Below, piece after piece: positions 1 through 13,512 of a stretch of DNA of 64,000 nt (positions are counted from its first letter, which is position 1; every line of letters starts with the position of its first letter). The position numbers and the translations under genes were made by a program. Under the pieces are notes generated by a model. It was not told the DNA's origin and did no database searches. It saw only the letters and a list, made by a program, of their open reading frames with translations. Source of the DNA: Spongospora subterranea f. sp. subterranea (lineage: Eukaryota); NCBI GenBank assembly GCA_049724395.1, contig JAUGWO010000071.1, positions 1 through 64,000 on the forward strand. Direction: 5' to 3'.

Positions 1-1570
1 AAAAACGCACTTTAACAAGCCGAACTTCTTTTTGAAGATGAACTGCACGGCTATATTGATCGAAGAACTTTCATCAAACGGGTCGAACACGAGGAATATC
101 TTGGGTCTCGTCATGGGCCCACTCCTGCGACGGCGACATGGCGTTCTGAAACAATCAATGCTTTTGAATATTTGGAGCCACGTTCCCTGATTCCATACCG
201 AGAAAGCGGAGGAGGCGATTCTTGGAGCGACATTGGCCTGACAAGAGCCAATCTGATTATCCTCTTCAGGTTCAGACTGGATTGTCGCAGATCGAGTTGA
301 CCCGATCGCCACAAACAACAATCTCAACAAGTTGATGAGACGCATTGGAGAAATGGCGCAACTGGCCAGTTTAGTGCTGTTCGCCAAAGATGAGTTCAGA
401 CTTGAATTGAATATCAGTGCAGCTGCTTGTGACGACAATGGGCGTCCTCAGACGATTCTAAATGCTGCTCAAACTCACTTGGGCATGACTGTATATCAAA
501 GCACTGTGTACCCAGCGAAAGCAGTTGTTCGCTACATGCTACTTAACAGTCGTTGGAAGACGGTCGAACCACATGCCATCAACAATGAGCACACGTACAA
601 GCTATTGACAATGAATCTAATTTTATTCCGAACTAGCCTACACGGAGATGGGGGCCTTTATTGAAAATAGTAATGATCAAACCGAGCCTCTTATCAATGT
701 TCCGGTACTGCCACCCAGGAAAAGAGGCAGGGGTGCAGACGATGTTAATAGGTATTGAACTGTTAACAAGCTAAGTTGTCCTTCTTTTGAGCAATTGACT
801 TTGAATAGATCATTGTTAGTTCGGCGCAAGGGTAAATGTTTGGCCTGTATCAAGGCTGGTGCAAGTCCAATCAACAATCATCGTGCTGGAAGCTCCAGAT
901 GCCCTTCTAATGCCCCAACATGACCGAAAAACCCTAATACATACATTAATTCAGTGAAACCCGTTAATGCAATACGCAATGCACTGGTGCCTTCGAGTGA
1001 GAATACAATGCTCAACATTATAATCAAGAAACAAACCACAGTGACAAACTACAAATTGATTCTAGTCCTCGGTTTTTTACTAAATCGATGTATGTATGCT
1101 CAGTTTACCAGGACGATCACTAATCACTATCTTGTACACGAGTTTCCACTCGGCTTATTCAATGGGCTGCATTGAAATCGTTCTATCGGCTGGAAGCAGT
1201 CAGTCAATCGCACTACTGACCCAAATTGATCCAATGATCCAAATTGATCCAACATTGCGCGCAATCACTTGTAAATACAGTGCAGTAGGGGGTATCACAC
1301 TATAGGTAATATCGAATCTCCCGCGGACATATTTTTGGCGGGAAATTCGGTTTTCCCGCATACCAAAATCAGCGTAAGATCCGTTTTGAAATTTGGGGGT
1401 GTCAAACCTGATCGTGCGAGTTTCCGAAAGAAGCCGATTGTTGAGGGACCTTGATGGCGCTTTAGTCATTTTAGTGGTTCAGCAACTTCTGTCTTCGATA
1501 CTCACACCCTGTCGTAGCAGCTCGGGCCCGCAAAACAGCAAACATGCTAATGGTTGTTAAAGCAGGGGTC

Positions 1571-2685
1571 ATGGAGCAGCGCTTTATCAACACTCGACGT
1601 AAACTCCAAAGAGCTGGGAGCTTTGAAAATTTTGCCCTTGCTTGAAGTTGATGAGTTCATTCAAGAAGTTCGAGTTTGTCAGCAAACTTTTGCTTTCATT
1701 CTGCACGAAATTGAAGGTAGTTTCCCTACTTAAGTAGAAGGTAAACTCACGCTGACATTCTGCAGACGACCCAATATTTCACAATAATTCTACCTGCCCG
1801 CAGCGTGAGACATGGATTCAGTTGGCCTGCGCTCTTGATCGTATTGGCCATTTTGGAAATGGATCAGCGGTCGGTAGAGTTGCCAGGGCTAAAGGAATAG
1901 GTTACGGAAGCGTAATCTTGTACACCAAACGAGTGATTCATGCCTTGAAGAACCTTTCTTTAAAGTATATTTATTGGCCTGATGCCTCCGAAAGAGAAAA
2001 ATTAAGCGCCTTTAATCTGACAGAATTCGGCTTCGATAATTGTATCTTATCAACCGATGGCACTCATGTCGTTCTGGCTCAGAAGCCAAACCTTGATGGT
2101 GAGGTGTACTATAACAGAAAGTGCACATACTCCATGAATGTGATGCTTACATTCGATCACAAACGGCAAATTCGTTATCTTATCGCTGGTTGGCCAGGAT
2201 CAGTTCATGATTCAAGTATATGGGAATCAGGACACGTCCACAAAGACCCCGAGAGATATTTCAGTCCTGGCCAGTATCAGTTTGGCGATTCAGGGTTTTC
2301 TCTTACCAGGCAAATGCTGGTCCCGTACCGTCAACCTGCAGCTTCAGTCGCAGAAAATGAAGAATTTAACTTCAGGCTTTCGCGAGGCCGTGTTGTTTCA
2401 GAACATGGCAATGGCATTTTGAAAGGTCGATGGCAGTCACTTCGTGCATTACCTATTTGCATTAACAAAGGCGTTCATGTCAATCTTGTTTGTGATTGGA
2501 TTGTTGCCAGCTGCGTTTTGCACAATATCGTCAATTCACGCCGACTGGTAGCAGACGAAGTTCCACTAGAACCTGTACATGAGGAAGATGCCCTTGGACA
2601 AGGAGGGCCAAATCAAATCATTCATGATTCCCTTCAACAGTGGCGTCGGGACATTCAACAGAAGGTACTGCATTACTGGGCATAA
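1571..2685 (+). CDS. Harbinger (HARBI1-like, DDE_Tnp_4) transposase
   Basis: Motifs DGTHV, YYNRK, GWPGSVHDS, GDSGF, FN..LS..RV.SEH..GILKGRW. Upstream exon EFIQEVRV..TF..IL..IE joins via intron 1717-1765 (gt..ag) to DDPIFHNNS. Probable frameshift near 1625-1635, so the start is uncertain. Confidence 0.9.
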
Positions 2686-2717
2686 CATTTATGGAAACAG
2701 AAGCAATGGCAAACTTT

Positions 2718-3772
2718 TTATGGAAACACAAGAAGTAAAGCTTCCTTTATCTCTTCAATGCTGTGACCCGCCTGCTTGAGACTGGCCACCATGTTGCCTT
2801 TGGCAACCTGTATTGCTAAAAGTGATTGATCTTCCCGCTTCTGGGCTTCGATCGCTGCAAGTTTTTCCTGTAAGGCCATTTCTCTGTCCAGTTTCTGGCG
2901 GTCAAACTCAAGTTGATTGACTTGAATTTCGGCCAAGACAGCGGCAAAATCCTTTTTCTGATTCTTTGGGAGAATATTTTGAGGGGTATTGTGGAGAGGA
3001 AACTCCATTTTTGATCTGCATCTTTTGAATGGACGGCGACGCGATGACGTAATCGACCGTCCGGCGCTACTTTTCTCGGTTACTGTAAAATCAAGCACGC
3101 GGTCAGGCGACTGGACCCTCTCGTCACGAGGATCCAAAGAAACTTGGCTCTCAGAAGCATTGTTCAGCGAGTGGGGGTCATCAATATCTTCCTCTTCAGC
3201 GTCATTTGAATTTTCGGAATCGATATCACTCTCCGACGAAATATTTTGGCCAACGCTTGAGAACGTGTTAAAAAACTGGCTACCTACGCCGGGAATAGGT
3301 TTCCTAATTCAACAACAGCGGATGGTGCAATATTCTGCCGGTGACCAAACAACGCGTCCATGCGCGAGTAAAAGGGACATTGCGACTCGAGCTTGTCCTC
3401 AATTGTGAGGATGTCTTTGGCTCTGTCTTTGTCGTCAACGCCCCATCCGGTTTGTGACCGTTCTTTCCTGGTTTTCTTGTACAGTTTCCAGTAGCTGTTA
3501 TATCGGCTCTTAGCGTCCTCATGGGACCAATGGCGGTCCTTCTGATTAATCATAGAATTAACAAAAGCCGCCATGTCTTTGAAACCTTCAATTTTTTTTA
3601 ACTTCTGGCCGGCGACCATTGCCTTGCCCTGGGCAGCTCCTCCAGTGACAAGCAGGAAATTTTCTGGATTCTCCAAAAACGTCACTATTGCCAGGATCTC
3701 GGTTTTGCTGGTGCGTTTGCGACCGATGGTGGAGACCTTTCCCGGCATCGTTATCTCAAATGATGAATCCAA
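2718..3772 (-). CDS. Harbinger accessory Myb/SANT (trihelix)-like DNA-binding protein
   Basis: W...DAKSRY..YWK.YK...SQTGWGV...CPFYSRMDALFG is typical of Harbinger ORF2. Acidic linker and coiled-coil C-terminus (ORF 2718-3137) probably joined by a short intron near 3256-3287. Confidence 0.75.
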
Positions 3773-3785
3773 AATCTGCGCCCAC

Positions 3786-5172
3786 GGGAAATCCGAATCT
3801 TAATTAAGGGCAGTAACGAATTTAGTTGTTACCCACCCACCAACAACCCGACGCAGTTTAAAACTGCGTACTACACGGTAACAACCCAACCTTTTGAGTC
3901 GGTTTTTATGACTTTTTTTTGAATAAAATGACGGTCTGTGTGCTAGTGTTCCAGTACCAAGTCCTAGGAGTACTAATCGATGATGTCGTGGAAGCCGGAT
4001 GGACGACGGGGCTGTCGTATCATTTCAAACCGAGTGCATGCCATTTTTGAGCGTTGCGGAGAACGACATTCCAAAGAAGCCGAATTAGGCTGGAGCAGCT
4101 GGTTTTTGAGAAGAGTTTATAGCGGCTCAGACGAGAAAATGGAATAATGTGCCGCTTTATCCAAAATTATGAAGCGTTTGTTTGTGGTCTATCAACCGTT
4201 GCAGCACGTCCTTCTCCTCAGCGCTCAGCAACGGCATGCACTCGCCTTTCAAATGGTACGACAGCCCAGCCGTCCATCCTTTTTCGAGGTTCGTTCGCTG
4301 CCGTTTGTACAGCCGCCTATCGCCTCGTTCCATGGCTTGAAGCCGACGCATACAGGGCGAGAACCTTTTGCCGAAACCACCTGGATGGACAGACCCATCG
4401 GCATCCGGGATTGCTTAATGTGAACGTTATCAGAACCGTGGGCATCGGCAAACTTCCATATAGACGCACGGTTTCGACGTTTCTTCAAACATACTCGAAT
4501 TTGCATCAGAATTTGATAGCGGATCTGAAGTAAAGTTGAACTTATGTGTCTCTTCTTCTGCAATGGATTGGGGCGGCGATTTGCAAGACGCATCCTGCGG
4601 CGACTTCGGTGGTGAAGTATCTTTGTATAAAAGCTTTGGGCATGGACTGTGGATACGAGGGGGCCAGAAGCTCATCCGTCAGCGATGTATCGACACGATC
4701 GCCGTTAACAGTTGTAAGCGACAGCAATGCCTTGCACCCGTTGACCAGGAACCTTTGGAGCTCGGTCATTCTATCGAGCAATAAAAAGACGTTAATATAT
4801 AGGAAAATGGATCTCCAAAATCGCCAAGGTTGAGTCAAGTCTCAACGGGGTGACAATTGAAAAAAGCTAGGGTTTGGGTTGTTACCGTGTAGTAAAAGCT
4901 AGGGTTTGGGTTGTTACCGTGTAGTAAAGGCTAGGGTTTGGGTTGTTACCGTGTAGTAAAAGCTAGGGTTTGGGTTGTTACCGTGTAGTAAAAGCTAGGG
5001 TTTGGGTTGTTACCGTGTAGTAAAAGCTAGGGTTTGGGTTGTTACCGTGTAGTACAAGCTAGGGTTTGGGTTGTTACCGTGTAGTACGCAGTTTTAAACT
5101 GCGTGGGTTGTTATTGGGTGGGTAACAACTAAATTCGTACAGCTCGTATCTTAATTAAGATTCGGATTTCCG
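3786..5172. repeat. ~105-bp inverted repeat pair (3786-3891 / ~5065-5172) inside the Harbinger element
   Basis: GGAAATCCGAATCTTAATTAAG...ACGAATTTAGTTGTTACCCACCCA...ACGCAGTTTAAAACTGCGTACTACACGGTAACAACCCAA recurs as reverse complement. Confidence 0.9.
4862..5085 (+). repeat. 7 x 32-bp tandem repeat AAAAGCTAGGGTTTGGGTTGTTACCGTGTAGT
   Basis: Seven near-identical units counted directly. Confidence 0.97.
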
Positions 5173-5697
5173 GGCTATATATACATCAGGGAAATTCGGA
5201 TTTTAAACTGCGCAAAATTGCAAATTTGATAGCCCCTAGTGTATGTTTATCTACTGTAATGTTCAGAGTCCGTATAGCGCTTTTCAAAGTCCCCGTTTGA
5301 CCAGGAATTTCCCAGATACAAGTTGTTTGCCCAGTAAAGGTTTCGACCACACCTAACGATCTTCAGTCAGGTACAATTGATGGAAGAACGATTGTTTGAC
5401 GAGTAACTGACAATTCAGCGGAATCTTGCTGGAATCAAGAGCCAGAATCGCCCCTTTTATCGTCGTGTGTACAATATTTTTTGCAGATATCAAAACAGTC
5501 ATGTAAATTTGTATTTAAATTCTTGAAAGCAATCTTCGTATCCTGGATGCAATCTCGTGATTTCAGTAATTTCCCGCTGCATTTGCAGGCTATACTTGTG
5601 GGCAATCGTTCTTCCTGACTGAAGATCGAACGTTTCAATCGGTATCATCCTACGAAATATGAAGTTTTGACGGAACGAATGTTGAGACCTCCTGAGT

Positions 5698-5970
5698 GGC
5701 ATCGACTCAGGAGGTCTCAACATTCGTCCCGTCAGACAACATCTGAAGAATCTGAGAATGGAAATGAGTGACTTATGCCGACACTGTAATGAACGTATAG
5801 AGACTGTAGAGCACCAAGTACTCCACTGCGCAGCCCTACAGAGCAAGTTACAGCACAGCAGAGACGAATTTGACAAATTAGGGACTGATTTCGAGACAGC
5901 ACTATGGACACATCCGACAGAAATGAATCGAATACTAAACAAAGCGAGACGAAGAGGATGTTTTATCTGA
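5698..5970 (+). pseudogene. Non-LTR retrotransposon ORF2 3' remnant (CCHC zinc knuckle)
   Basis: SDLCRHCNERIETVEHQVLHC matches the C-x2-C-x8-H-x4-C motif found downstream of LINE RT domains. No RT core upstream. Confidence 0.7.
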
Positions 5971-7013
5971 TAATGGTTATACGAGAGAGGAGAAACCCTC
6001 TTAAAAACTCCCAGAGGAGAAAACCTCTATAACAAAAATAATCAGCTGGCTTGCGATGAAGGCGACATGTCCTGCAGCAATGGTGTTCCGTAAGGAATTT
6101 CCCCTGTGTCCCAATGGGTTTCGGGGTTTTAGTGAGCCGGGTCATCCTAACCTCACACTACCATTGTTGTGGGTCAGAATGCTGAGCAACGTATATGTTA
6201 GGAACACTCCCATATATTCCTAACATTCGCGGCTTCGCCGCAGTTCCGCCGCAGTTTTCCGACAAGAATGACCTCTGGCTGGTCATTCTTGTCAACACCT
6301 TGTATAGCCTGTAATACACTTCGGTTTTATTTCAACGGATCTGGTTCCTCCTAACAGTATAGCGAAGGTCCTTATCGCAAACGCAGGAATTTGTGCCCAG
6401 ATGGCGAGCAATCGTCATCTGGCCTTAGAGTAGATATGGGTACTACAGACCTAACACAAATGTGTTAAACTCAATCACAAAAAAAAGTGGCATCGACTCG
6501 TTGATCATGAACTGGAAGTTCATGATGAGGATTGTAGGAATGAGGGGTCAATTTTCGTATCGCTCCAGATGCCAGGAGCTCAGCCGTCCCCGGGCATGCC
6601 ACCTGCAGTGATGATGACCGTCAGCGACTGCATCGATAATACGACGAGAAGGGAGCGGAGCCATTGTGCATTGAACGCGAGAGCCGTGAAGGATACCGAT
6701 CCGGGATATTGATATTGATCAATTCTCCACAACTGTATATGAGCAAGTGTACATTGTAGGAACACTTGTGAGTGACTGCGCACAGTGTTGGATCAATTTG
6801 GACCATTGCATTTAAATTGAATCCGCCCGAAGCAGTGACTCTGCCAGACTTCAAGTTCGCGAACTTCAAGTGCGCGAACTTAAAGGTACCGGTTTTTCCG
6901 TGGCAAGAACTAACCCCCGTTCAGAGTCCGTCACGGAATTATTCACTTGAAAGTGGTGATGTCATAAAGCCCGCAGAACTCCGAAACCACGACTGAACCA
7001 CGATAAAACCACA

Positions 7014-7994
7014 GTGCCGATTTCGCCAGACGCAATGGTCAGGACTACTGTGGGGGGTGCGTCGTCAAATGCAATCCGAAAGAACGCCTACGTGTACCAG
7101 ATACTCGACGATGTCAAGTTGGCCGCTGACGAGGGCATCGAATTGACCATCAGGCAGCTGGAGTTGACCACCGCTTTTGAGAAACGGACGAAACTCGGCA
7201 GCACGCCGCTGAAAATCAACTCAATCCTCAAGTACGACACGTTTTTTCAAAGCGTTACGGTACATGTTTTCGTTCGTAGACGACTACCAGAGCTTGGTGA
7301 ACATTCGATCATCCCCCAGAGCCGTTCGTCCCGTCAATGTCGATCGACTCTATTCAACTGCTTATCGACAGCAAAACCGGCGTTAAAGGGGAACCCCTCT
7401 TCAATCGGCACGGGGTCTTGGTCAAGGATATATTCGGACGGCCAATGGTTGCCCAAGGTGGCTGGAACGATCCCGCGATCGTTGCACAGCTGCTGTCGGC
7501 GGTCAACGGTATTCACTCTGCTCGACAGCAACGTGGCCAGAATCTTGAGGCATGTGATCGCTGCATTGCTGAAGACCAAACGGGCCAGTTGGCAGGATGT
7601 GTATTTCATCGTGGCACTCCCTTGCTGTGGGAAAAGGGTAATCCCAAGGAGTCAGAGATGTTGACAGATGCTGTGAAGCAGATCAAGATTGACCGGCCTG
7701 ATTATGTGCCAAAGGGCGATACACCACTGTCTCCATGGGAACTGATTTCAATGCGGACGCATCTGATAAGCCAGAACACAGTGTGGGATTTGATGATATG
7801 GACAATGACCCTGATTGCCTGTAAACTGTTTCGAGAGAGGATGAGGTCGGCTCGTTATCATTCGAGTCGATATTTCAATGCGGACGCATCTGATAAGCCA
7901 GAACACAGTGTGGGATTTGATGATATGGACAACGACCCTGATTGCCTGTAAACTGTTTCGAGAGAGGATGAGGTCGGCTCGTTATCATTCGAGT
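7014..7994 (+). pseudogene. Crypton-like tyrosine recombinase, N-terminal part, disrupted
   Basis: GGWNDP...SAV..IH...C..C...GC..H...GNP..S followed by W..TLIACKLF-R-(x)DEV, which resembles the first catalytic Arg region of Crypton YRs. Frameshifted and truncated. Confidence 0.55.
7745..7994 (+). repeat. 123-bp direct tandem duplication (7745-7867 / 7872-7994)
   Basis: Two copies differing by one substitution. Confidence 0.95.
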
Positions 7995-8577
7995 AAACTC
8001 TGGATAGGCAATGTAATCAGGTGGGGGCAGGTCCCATTCGGTGTGGTCGTTAGGACAGATTATGTTGCTGAATCCAGCTGGTCTAATAGGTTCCTTCATT
8101 GGATACCCAAGCTACTTGTAGCGGCCAGGCGGAAGTAGGGAAAGCCTGGTAGTACACAGGCTTACTCAACCCATAAGAACCCGCGATCCTTTGTATACCA
8201 TATTATACCATACCATCGTGTCATGCGGTTGGATCGTTTGGCCACACAACTTCATGATGACTGTTTGCGGTGTCACTGCATCGTTATCTGAGGTATTGTC
8301 GATATCCGACATTATTCGTTCTACAATTGAGTACAGGACAACGCTCTCGACCCGAGAACAGCTTTTCGAATGTATCGGCAGCCTGACCAACCTTGAACAA
8401 AAAAACAAATATCGGGACATTGCTCCATCGATATTTAGCGGAGCTCGGAAAGACAGATTCGGGGCAAATCAATCCTTCTTCAAGGGCGGCTGATTCGAAA
8501 GAGGAAGAATCAGGACGTGAGCAAGGTCCGACAGGCGGCGAGGCGAAACGTCGTCGGTGTGGCGATGAAGACCTTCC

Positions 8578-9700
8578 GGTTCTTGCGTTAAACCTCTGCT
8601 GTCCTGTGTTGAGTTGCGCCCCGACGAAGCCAGACATTAAATATTCCATATTGCCATACCCCGGATCTCCGTACATGACTTTGCCCATCAACGATCGTAT
8701 TGTAGAAAAGCGTTCGAGAATTCCAGACCGCAACAGCATGGTACTGTCGTGGCGGCATCCCTCACATGGATTCGCCATCGAGATGATTAAACAATCCGGG
8801 TTGGTAATTACCTGAAAGTTCAACCCATGCCGACGCTTGTGCCCGGAATCAAGTTCCCGTTGTAAATCTTCTCGTCGACTGGGGCGGGCTGATGGGCAGC
8901 AGCAGAAATATTTTGTGCCGTCGATATATCCGAAACAGTTCTGTATTGAAGCTCCTGGTAGAGAACAATGTCAGTAACAAAATGATATATTTACTGTTTT
9001 TATAACTTTGTCGGCAATGGCTGTACAATCTGATTCAACTCGACTTTCCAGAATGTGTTCAGAGAGAAAAATATTCTCCCAATGTATCAAGTACAGTTGT
9101 TCAACAACGTGAGAGATTATTCGGGAACAGGGAGATTTTGACCTCTTAAACATCTGTTGGATGTCTTTCAAGCTGGGGCACACAGCTGGTATTAGATCTG
9201 TTAACTACAGGTTTGATGGATTTCAACCTGCATGGATAGGCCAGTGGAAAGAGAAGCATTGCCAGCCCATCAGCTCGCAATTTCACGTCATTCTCAGATG
9301 TGACAATTGTTTCTGGCAATTGTAAGACCTCAGCTAAAACATAGATTTCCCGCTTCGTCTGAAGCGGAAATCTTCGAAATCCGATTCAAACATGTCGGCG
9401 ATGCCTCTCTGTGTCAAGGGCAAGCACCGAGACCTTGCAGGCAATCTGGCAACTATAATTGCGAATGGTTTATTGGAACGGATTTCATATACCTTAATCC
9501 GTTTGAAAAATGGAAAATGGCCCTTGTGATGACGGGACATAAACAATGGCTGGATCAGGCACCTGGTTCTCGTGTGTGGAGGAGAATGACTGGTTAACGT
9601 GGGCTGAATCACGACACTCTGTTGCAACTTTCGCCGACGACGGCGGATATCCAGCGTGTGTAGCAGGATTACAACAGCCACGAAAACCACGTCCTCCATT
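8578..9700 (-). pseudogene. Degraded DDE_Tnp_4 (Harbinger/ISL2EU-type) transposase
   Basis: Fragments FRF, L.DI..MF.RS...CS.I, NCFGYIDGT, SGHKRRHGLNFQ, EG.RHDS, YGDPGY, FN, spread over several frames. Confidence 0.8.
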
Positions 9701-12700
9701 GGATTTGGGACACAAAGTGCAGATTTGGGTAAAAGACGGCTTGGCAGAGAACGTTTCAAATCGCCTTACCATTTTTTTTTTTGGTTTGTTGCTGTTTAAT
9801 AACTTGTTGGTCAGTTGGATGATGGCTCGATCCGCAATTCCTTTTTCGTCAGTTTTTCGGAGTCGTTCAGCTTTAAGGAGACGGTCGTTGAATTGTTTGG
9901 TGGCATAATCAACTGAGATATCGTCCAGGATATCCATCAGAACCGAGTTGAGTCTGTCTTCATTCTGAACCTGCCAGTTAAGATCTGGACGAGGTAATAA
10001 GATTCCTGATAGTTTGGGCTGTTTCTGAGAGTAGTTGTGTCTTCAACAGTTCGCTCTGATTAGCTGCTTGATCAGAACAGTGGATTTGCATAGCCTTGAG
10101 GGGTTTTCTAGAGATATAAAGAATTGCAGTGCGAGCTGATTCTGTAATTGCCGTTAAATTTGCATCGATGCCAGCTACCTTGAAGTGGATGGCCACTGAT
10201 TTTTTTGTATCAAAGCATTAAAACACATCGGAAAAAGTTTTCTGAACAAGTTTTATGGGGTTCCGTGATCCTACGCGTGTTTGAAATTTCTTTGGCGTTT
10301 TTCACTGGGGCATTACCGTTGTGTTCTTATGGCAATAGCATTTCGAACAAAACATCAATATGACCACCCGAAAATTGATGACCCCCTTCGTTCTTCTCCG
10401 GTTGTGCTGGACTTTGCCGTTGAAGACAGAAACAAGAAAGGAGCCGAATGGGTGACCGATGGAGGTAAACCTGACCTTTTTGACGAAAATATAGTCAATG
10501 GGCGAGGCCGGTTCTGACGAAATCTCAACCGAGCTGGCTTCAACGAGGAAGTCGGTTGGTTCCTGGCATTCTGAACAATGAAGGAATCTTTCGGAGTCCA
10601 ACTCGTTTGTGGAAGAACGAGGGGAAACTTGTCGGCACCGTTTGCGACGATGACCCCTGAACGAGCGATGTGTGGAAACCATACGTCAAGTGTGGCGGCG
10701 TGATAGATCTGCGTTGGCAATGGAAGAGTACGATGACAATGTTCCAGGTCGATTTATCGATTTATCAACCAGACCCATGGAATCAAATATGCGGGTTGAA
10801 TGCGCCTACAAATACAGACGACTTCTGTTGAGACCGTCAAAATTTCACGGGATTTAACACCTGAGGCATTGATTGTGAACGGGTCGAGTTCGACACCTGA
10901 GGCATTGATTGTGAATGGGTCGAACAATTCAGAGTATCAACGACCATGAACGGCAGGGATGGCGCCATCAACCGTGTTCTTGTCTTTCAACCGCACCCAT
11001 GACATTCGCGTGAGAAGGCAAACGTCGGATTAGATTGGCGTTTTCAGGCACCTCACCCTTCTGATTTTGGACCTTTCAGCGATTGTTGAACTGGTGTTGT
11101 GTATATTCGACCAATAGGACGCGTAGATTCTTGGGCGGTTCCCAATGCCGATATGGACCACGGATCAGAGATGGCAACGCATCACCAGTCAGGATTATCG
11201 CCAAACCAGCCATGTCCGGTGGTGTCATCGGGGACGGGGTTGACGATGGCGGATGGGCGCCAGCCCTGTTGCATTGTCCACACGCCCAGGAAATGATCGC
11301 CCCGTCACGATCGTCCGGTGACCTCCATGACGATCAGAAGGAACCGACACCCACCAGTCCGTCGACCCCCCTTTCGCCTTTTCGCGTTTTCACGAAAACA
11401 GTCAAATCAGTTTCGTGAATTGTGTATTCTCGATTGTTCTTCTCTTGTGTTCGATGATTCTTATCTTCATCTTGTCTTAATGTTTTGACTTGGCCGTGTT
11501 CGTTCGTTTACTCATTTCGGTGTTGAATTGCGACCTGGATTTTCCTGAAATGCGGCCATGGCTTTGTTTCTTGGTTGAAATCGGATGCGGGTTGTGGAAC
11601 CTTCGCTGTGTTGTTCGTTGATCGCTGAACGCCGTTGTGTTGCTTGTTAGTACCCTCATCATGCAATATGTGCCCGAACTCTAGGGAGAACTGGATATGC
11701 CAAAGCTGCTCTGGTACATTCTGCGGCAGGTTGGCAATTATTTTTCATTGAACTGTCCAACTGTTATGTCAATGGGTAAAGTTCTTGGCAGTTTTCTGAT
11801 AGAACGTTTTCCAATTTTCATGCGAAAACCATCAGATGAAGTTAACCCGTTTTCGTCAATAAAAGTTAAAGAACGGAACTTGTTGTTTCCCGCTTCTGTT
11901 GATTATTCTCGGCTCGTTTAGGCGCTGTTTTTGTTCGACGAATGTGTGAACACCTCTCACATTTTGTCTCAGATACGCGTCCGGGCACATGGCGCAGCAC
12001 TATCGGAATACAGGACACGCCATCGCCTGTGGCTACGACGACCTATCTTTTTGGTGCTATTCATGTGATAGCTACATCAGCTATCTCCATATCCGACCCG
12101 TGTGTTTGTCGCCTATTGCCACTACCATCAGCTGAAATTCTCGAAGGACGTTCCCCAACCGTTTGAAGGCGAATAACCTTCATCGGTCGCCGTTGGGGTA
12201 TGGCCGAAAACGTCTCACCTCTATCAAACACCCTGTTCTCTCAGATCACACGTTTAATCAACATATTTAATCGTCGTTTCTTCACATGAATTTGTCTGGA
12301 ATGTAGGAATGTTTTTTGTTTATTTTTAAATCAAAATGGATTTCGTTGACAACTCGAGCTCCTGTCGTGGTACATTAGACGTTCACTGTCGACATATGGC
12401 CACTTCAGCAAAGCGATGCCGTCAGCTAGTTGGAGCGGCATCTTTACTCTGCTGATGGCAACATGAAACGCGTTACCCAGTGAGCGACAGTGTCGAATGT
12501 CATTCTAAGAGGTATGGACGTGAAGAACATGTTACTGCTGCGGTCTCATGGCAACTGCCATCATGTCGCCATCCTTTAGACAGTTTGACCTCTACAACAC
12601 CACACCCCTTCGCCAGAGAGGGCTGGACTATGCTGGCGAAGTAAGTCCTCTTGACATCCTCCTTGCAGACCCCTGCAGATCGAAGCTCTCTGTGCCCATC

Positions 12701-13512
12701 GCTTACACTAACCACTCATTGAGAGTAGAGTCGACACTCCTGAGAGCTCGAACATCACCTCCAGGTCGTACGAGACCTGAAGAGGGGAGATATTCGTAAT
12801 GGAGGGCTATCTTGAACGTCTAACCTCCGAGAGCTTCCCGGATACCTTTTCTTATCCAGAAAAAAAAACGAGAGTTATTGGTGACCTGGGGCCACCCGTG
12901 CTAGTTCTAGAGCAACAGATCGCATGAAGGGCGGTTACTGCAGTGGGAGTCGCGTTCCTCTAGACTGGCTCAGCTCTACCGCAGCGGCGATGGTATGGAG
13001 CTAGAGCTACCGTACCCTTACAAGAGAACTCTAACGATAGCTTGGGCTGCCGCTCTGTACTGTTGCCTTCAACGTGTTTGAGAATGTTGTGAAATGACCC
13101 CTTCTCCTCTTCAAAACGCACTGGATCTGATGATGAGCAAGTGTGCAGAGGTATTCCTGCGTTGAAGACCTAGCCATGAAATACCTTACCGTGTCCCTGC
13201 GAACTCGGGTCCAATGTTCAGAGGCGAAATGATAAAGATGATGGAAGACGAGAGAGTTTTCTACAGCGATGACGCATACCAGAGTACAACGCCAAGATCA
13301 CAGAAACTGGTAAATTCATGCCCGATATCTTGAGATGCGACTCCAACGGCTCCTGGTTCAGCGTATTTCGTATCAATCCCAAATGTGCTTATTATCAAGG
13401 ACAACTGTTCGTAGATGCTGAATGTCCGTTTACCTTACTGGAACTGATTTTCGTCACAATGGGTAAACAACCGGAGGGGGCAATCGAAAGAAAGGCGCCG
13501 AAATACCAATTT

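Larger units (their letters stand above)
1287..5237. mobile_element. PIF/Harbinger DNA transposon, apparently full length (~3.95 kb)
   Basis: Termini AGGGGGTATCA (1287) / TGATAGCCCCT (5237) are inverted repeats with 1 mismatch, flanked by a 3-bp direct repeat AGT/AGT (alternative register gives TAG/TAG). Contains a convergent DDE transposase and a Myb/SANT-like ORF, the canonical Harbinger two-gene layout. Confidence 0.8.

Noticed and set aside
1..900. ORF 332-664 and upstream frames
   Set aside because: Interrupted, truncated by the window edge, no recognisable domain.
4862..5085. True telomere or interstitial telomeric tract
   Set aside because: Only one TAGGGTTTGGG motif per complex 32-bp unit, inside a transposon.
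10857..10923. Two-copy ~36-bp direct repeat
   Set aside because: Ordinary slippage duplication with no further structure.
9750..13450. Degraded coding-like DNA (possible retroelement ORF or endogenous viral remnant)
   Set aside because: Many stops and no motif I can assign.
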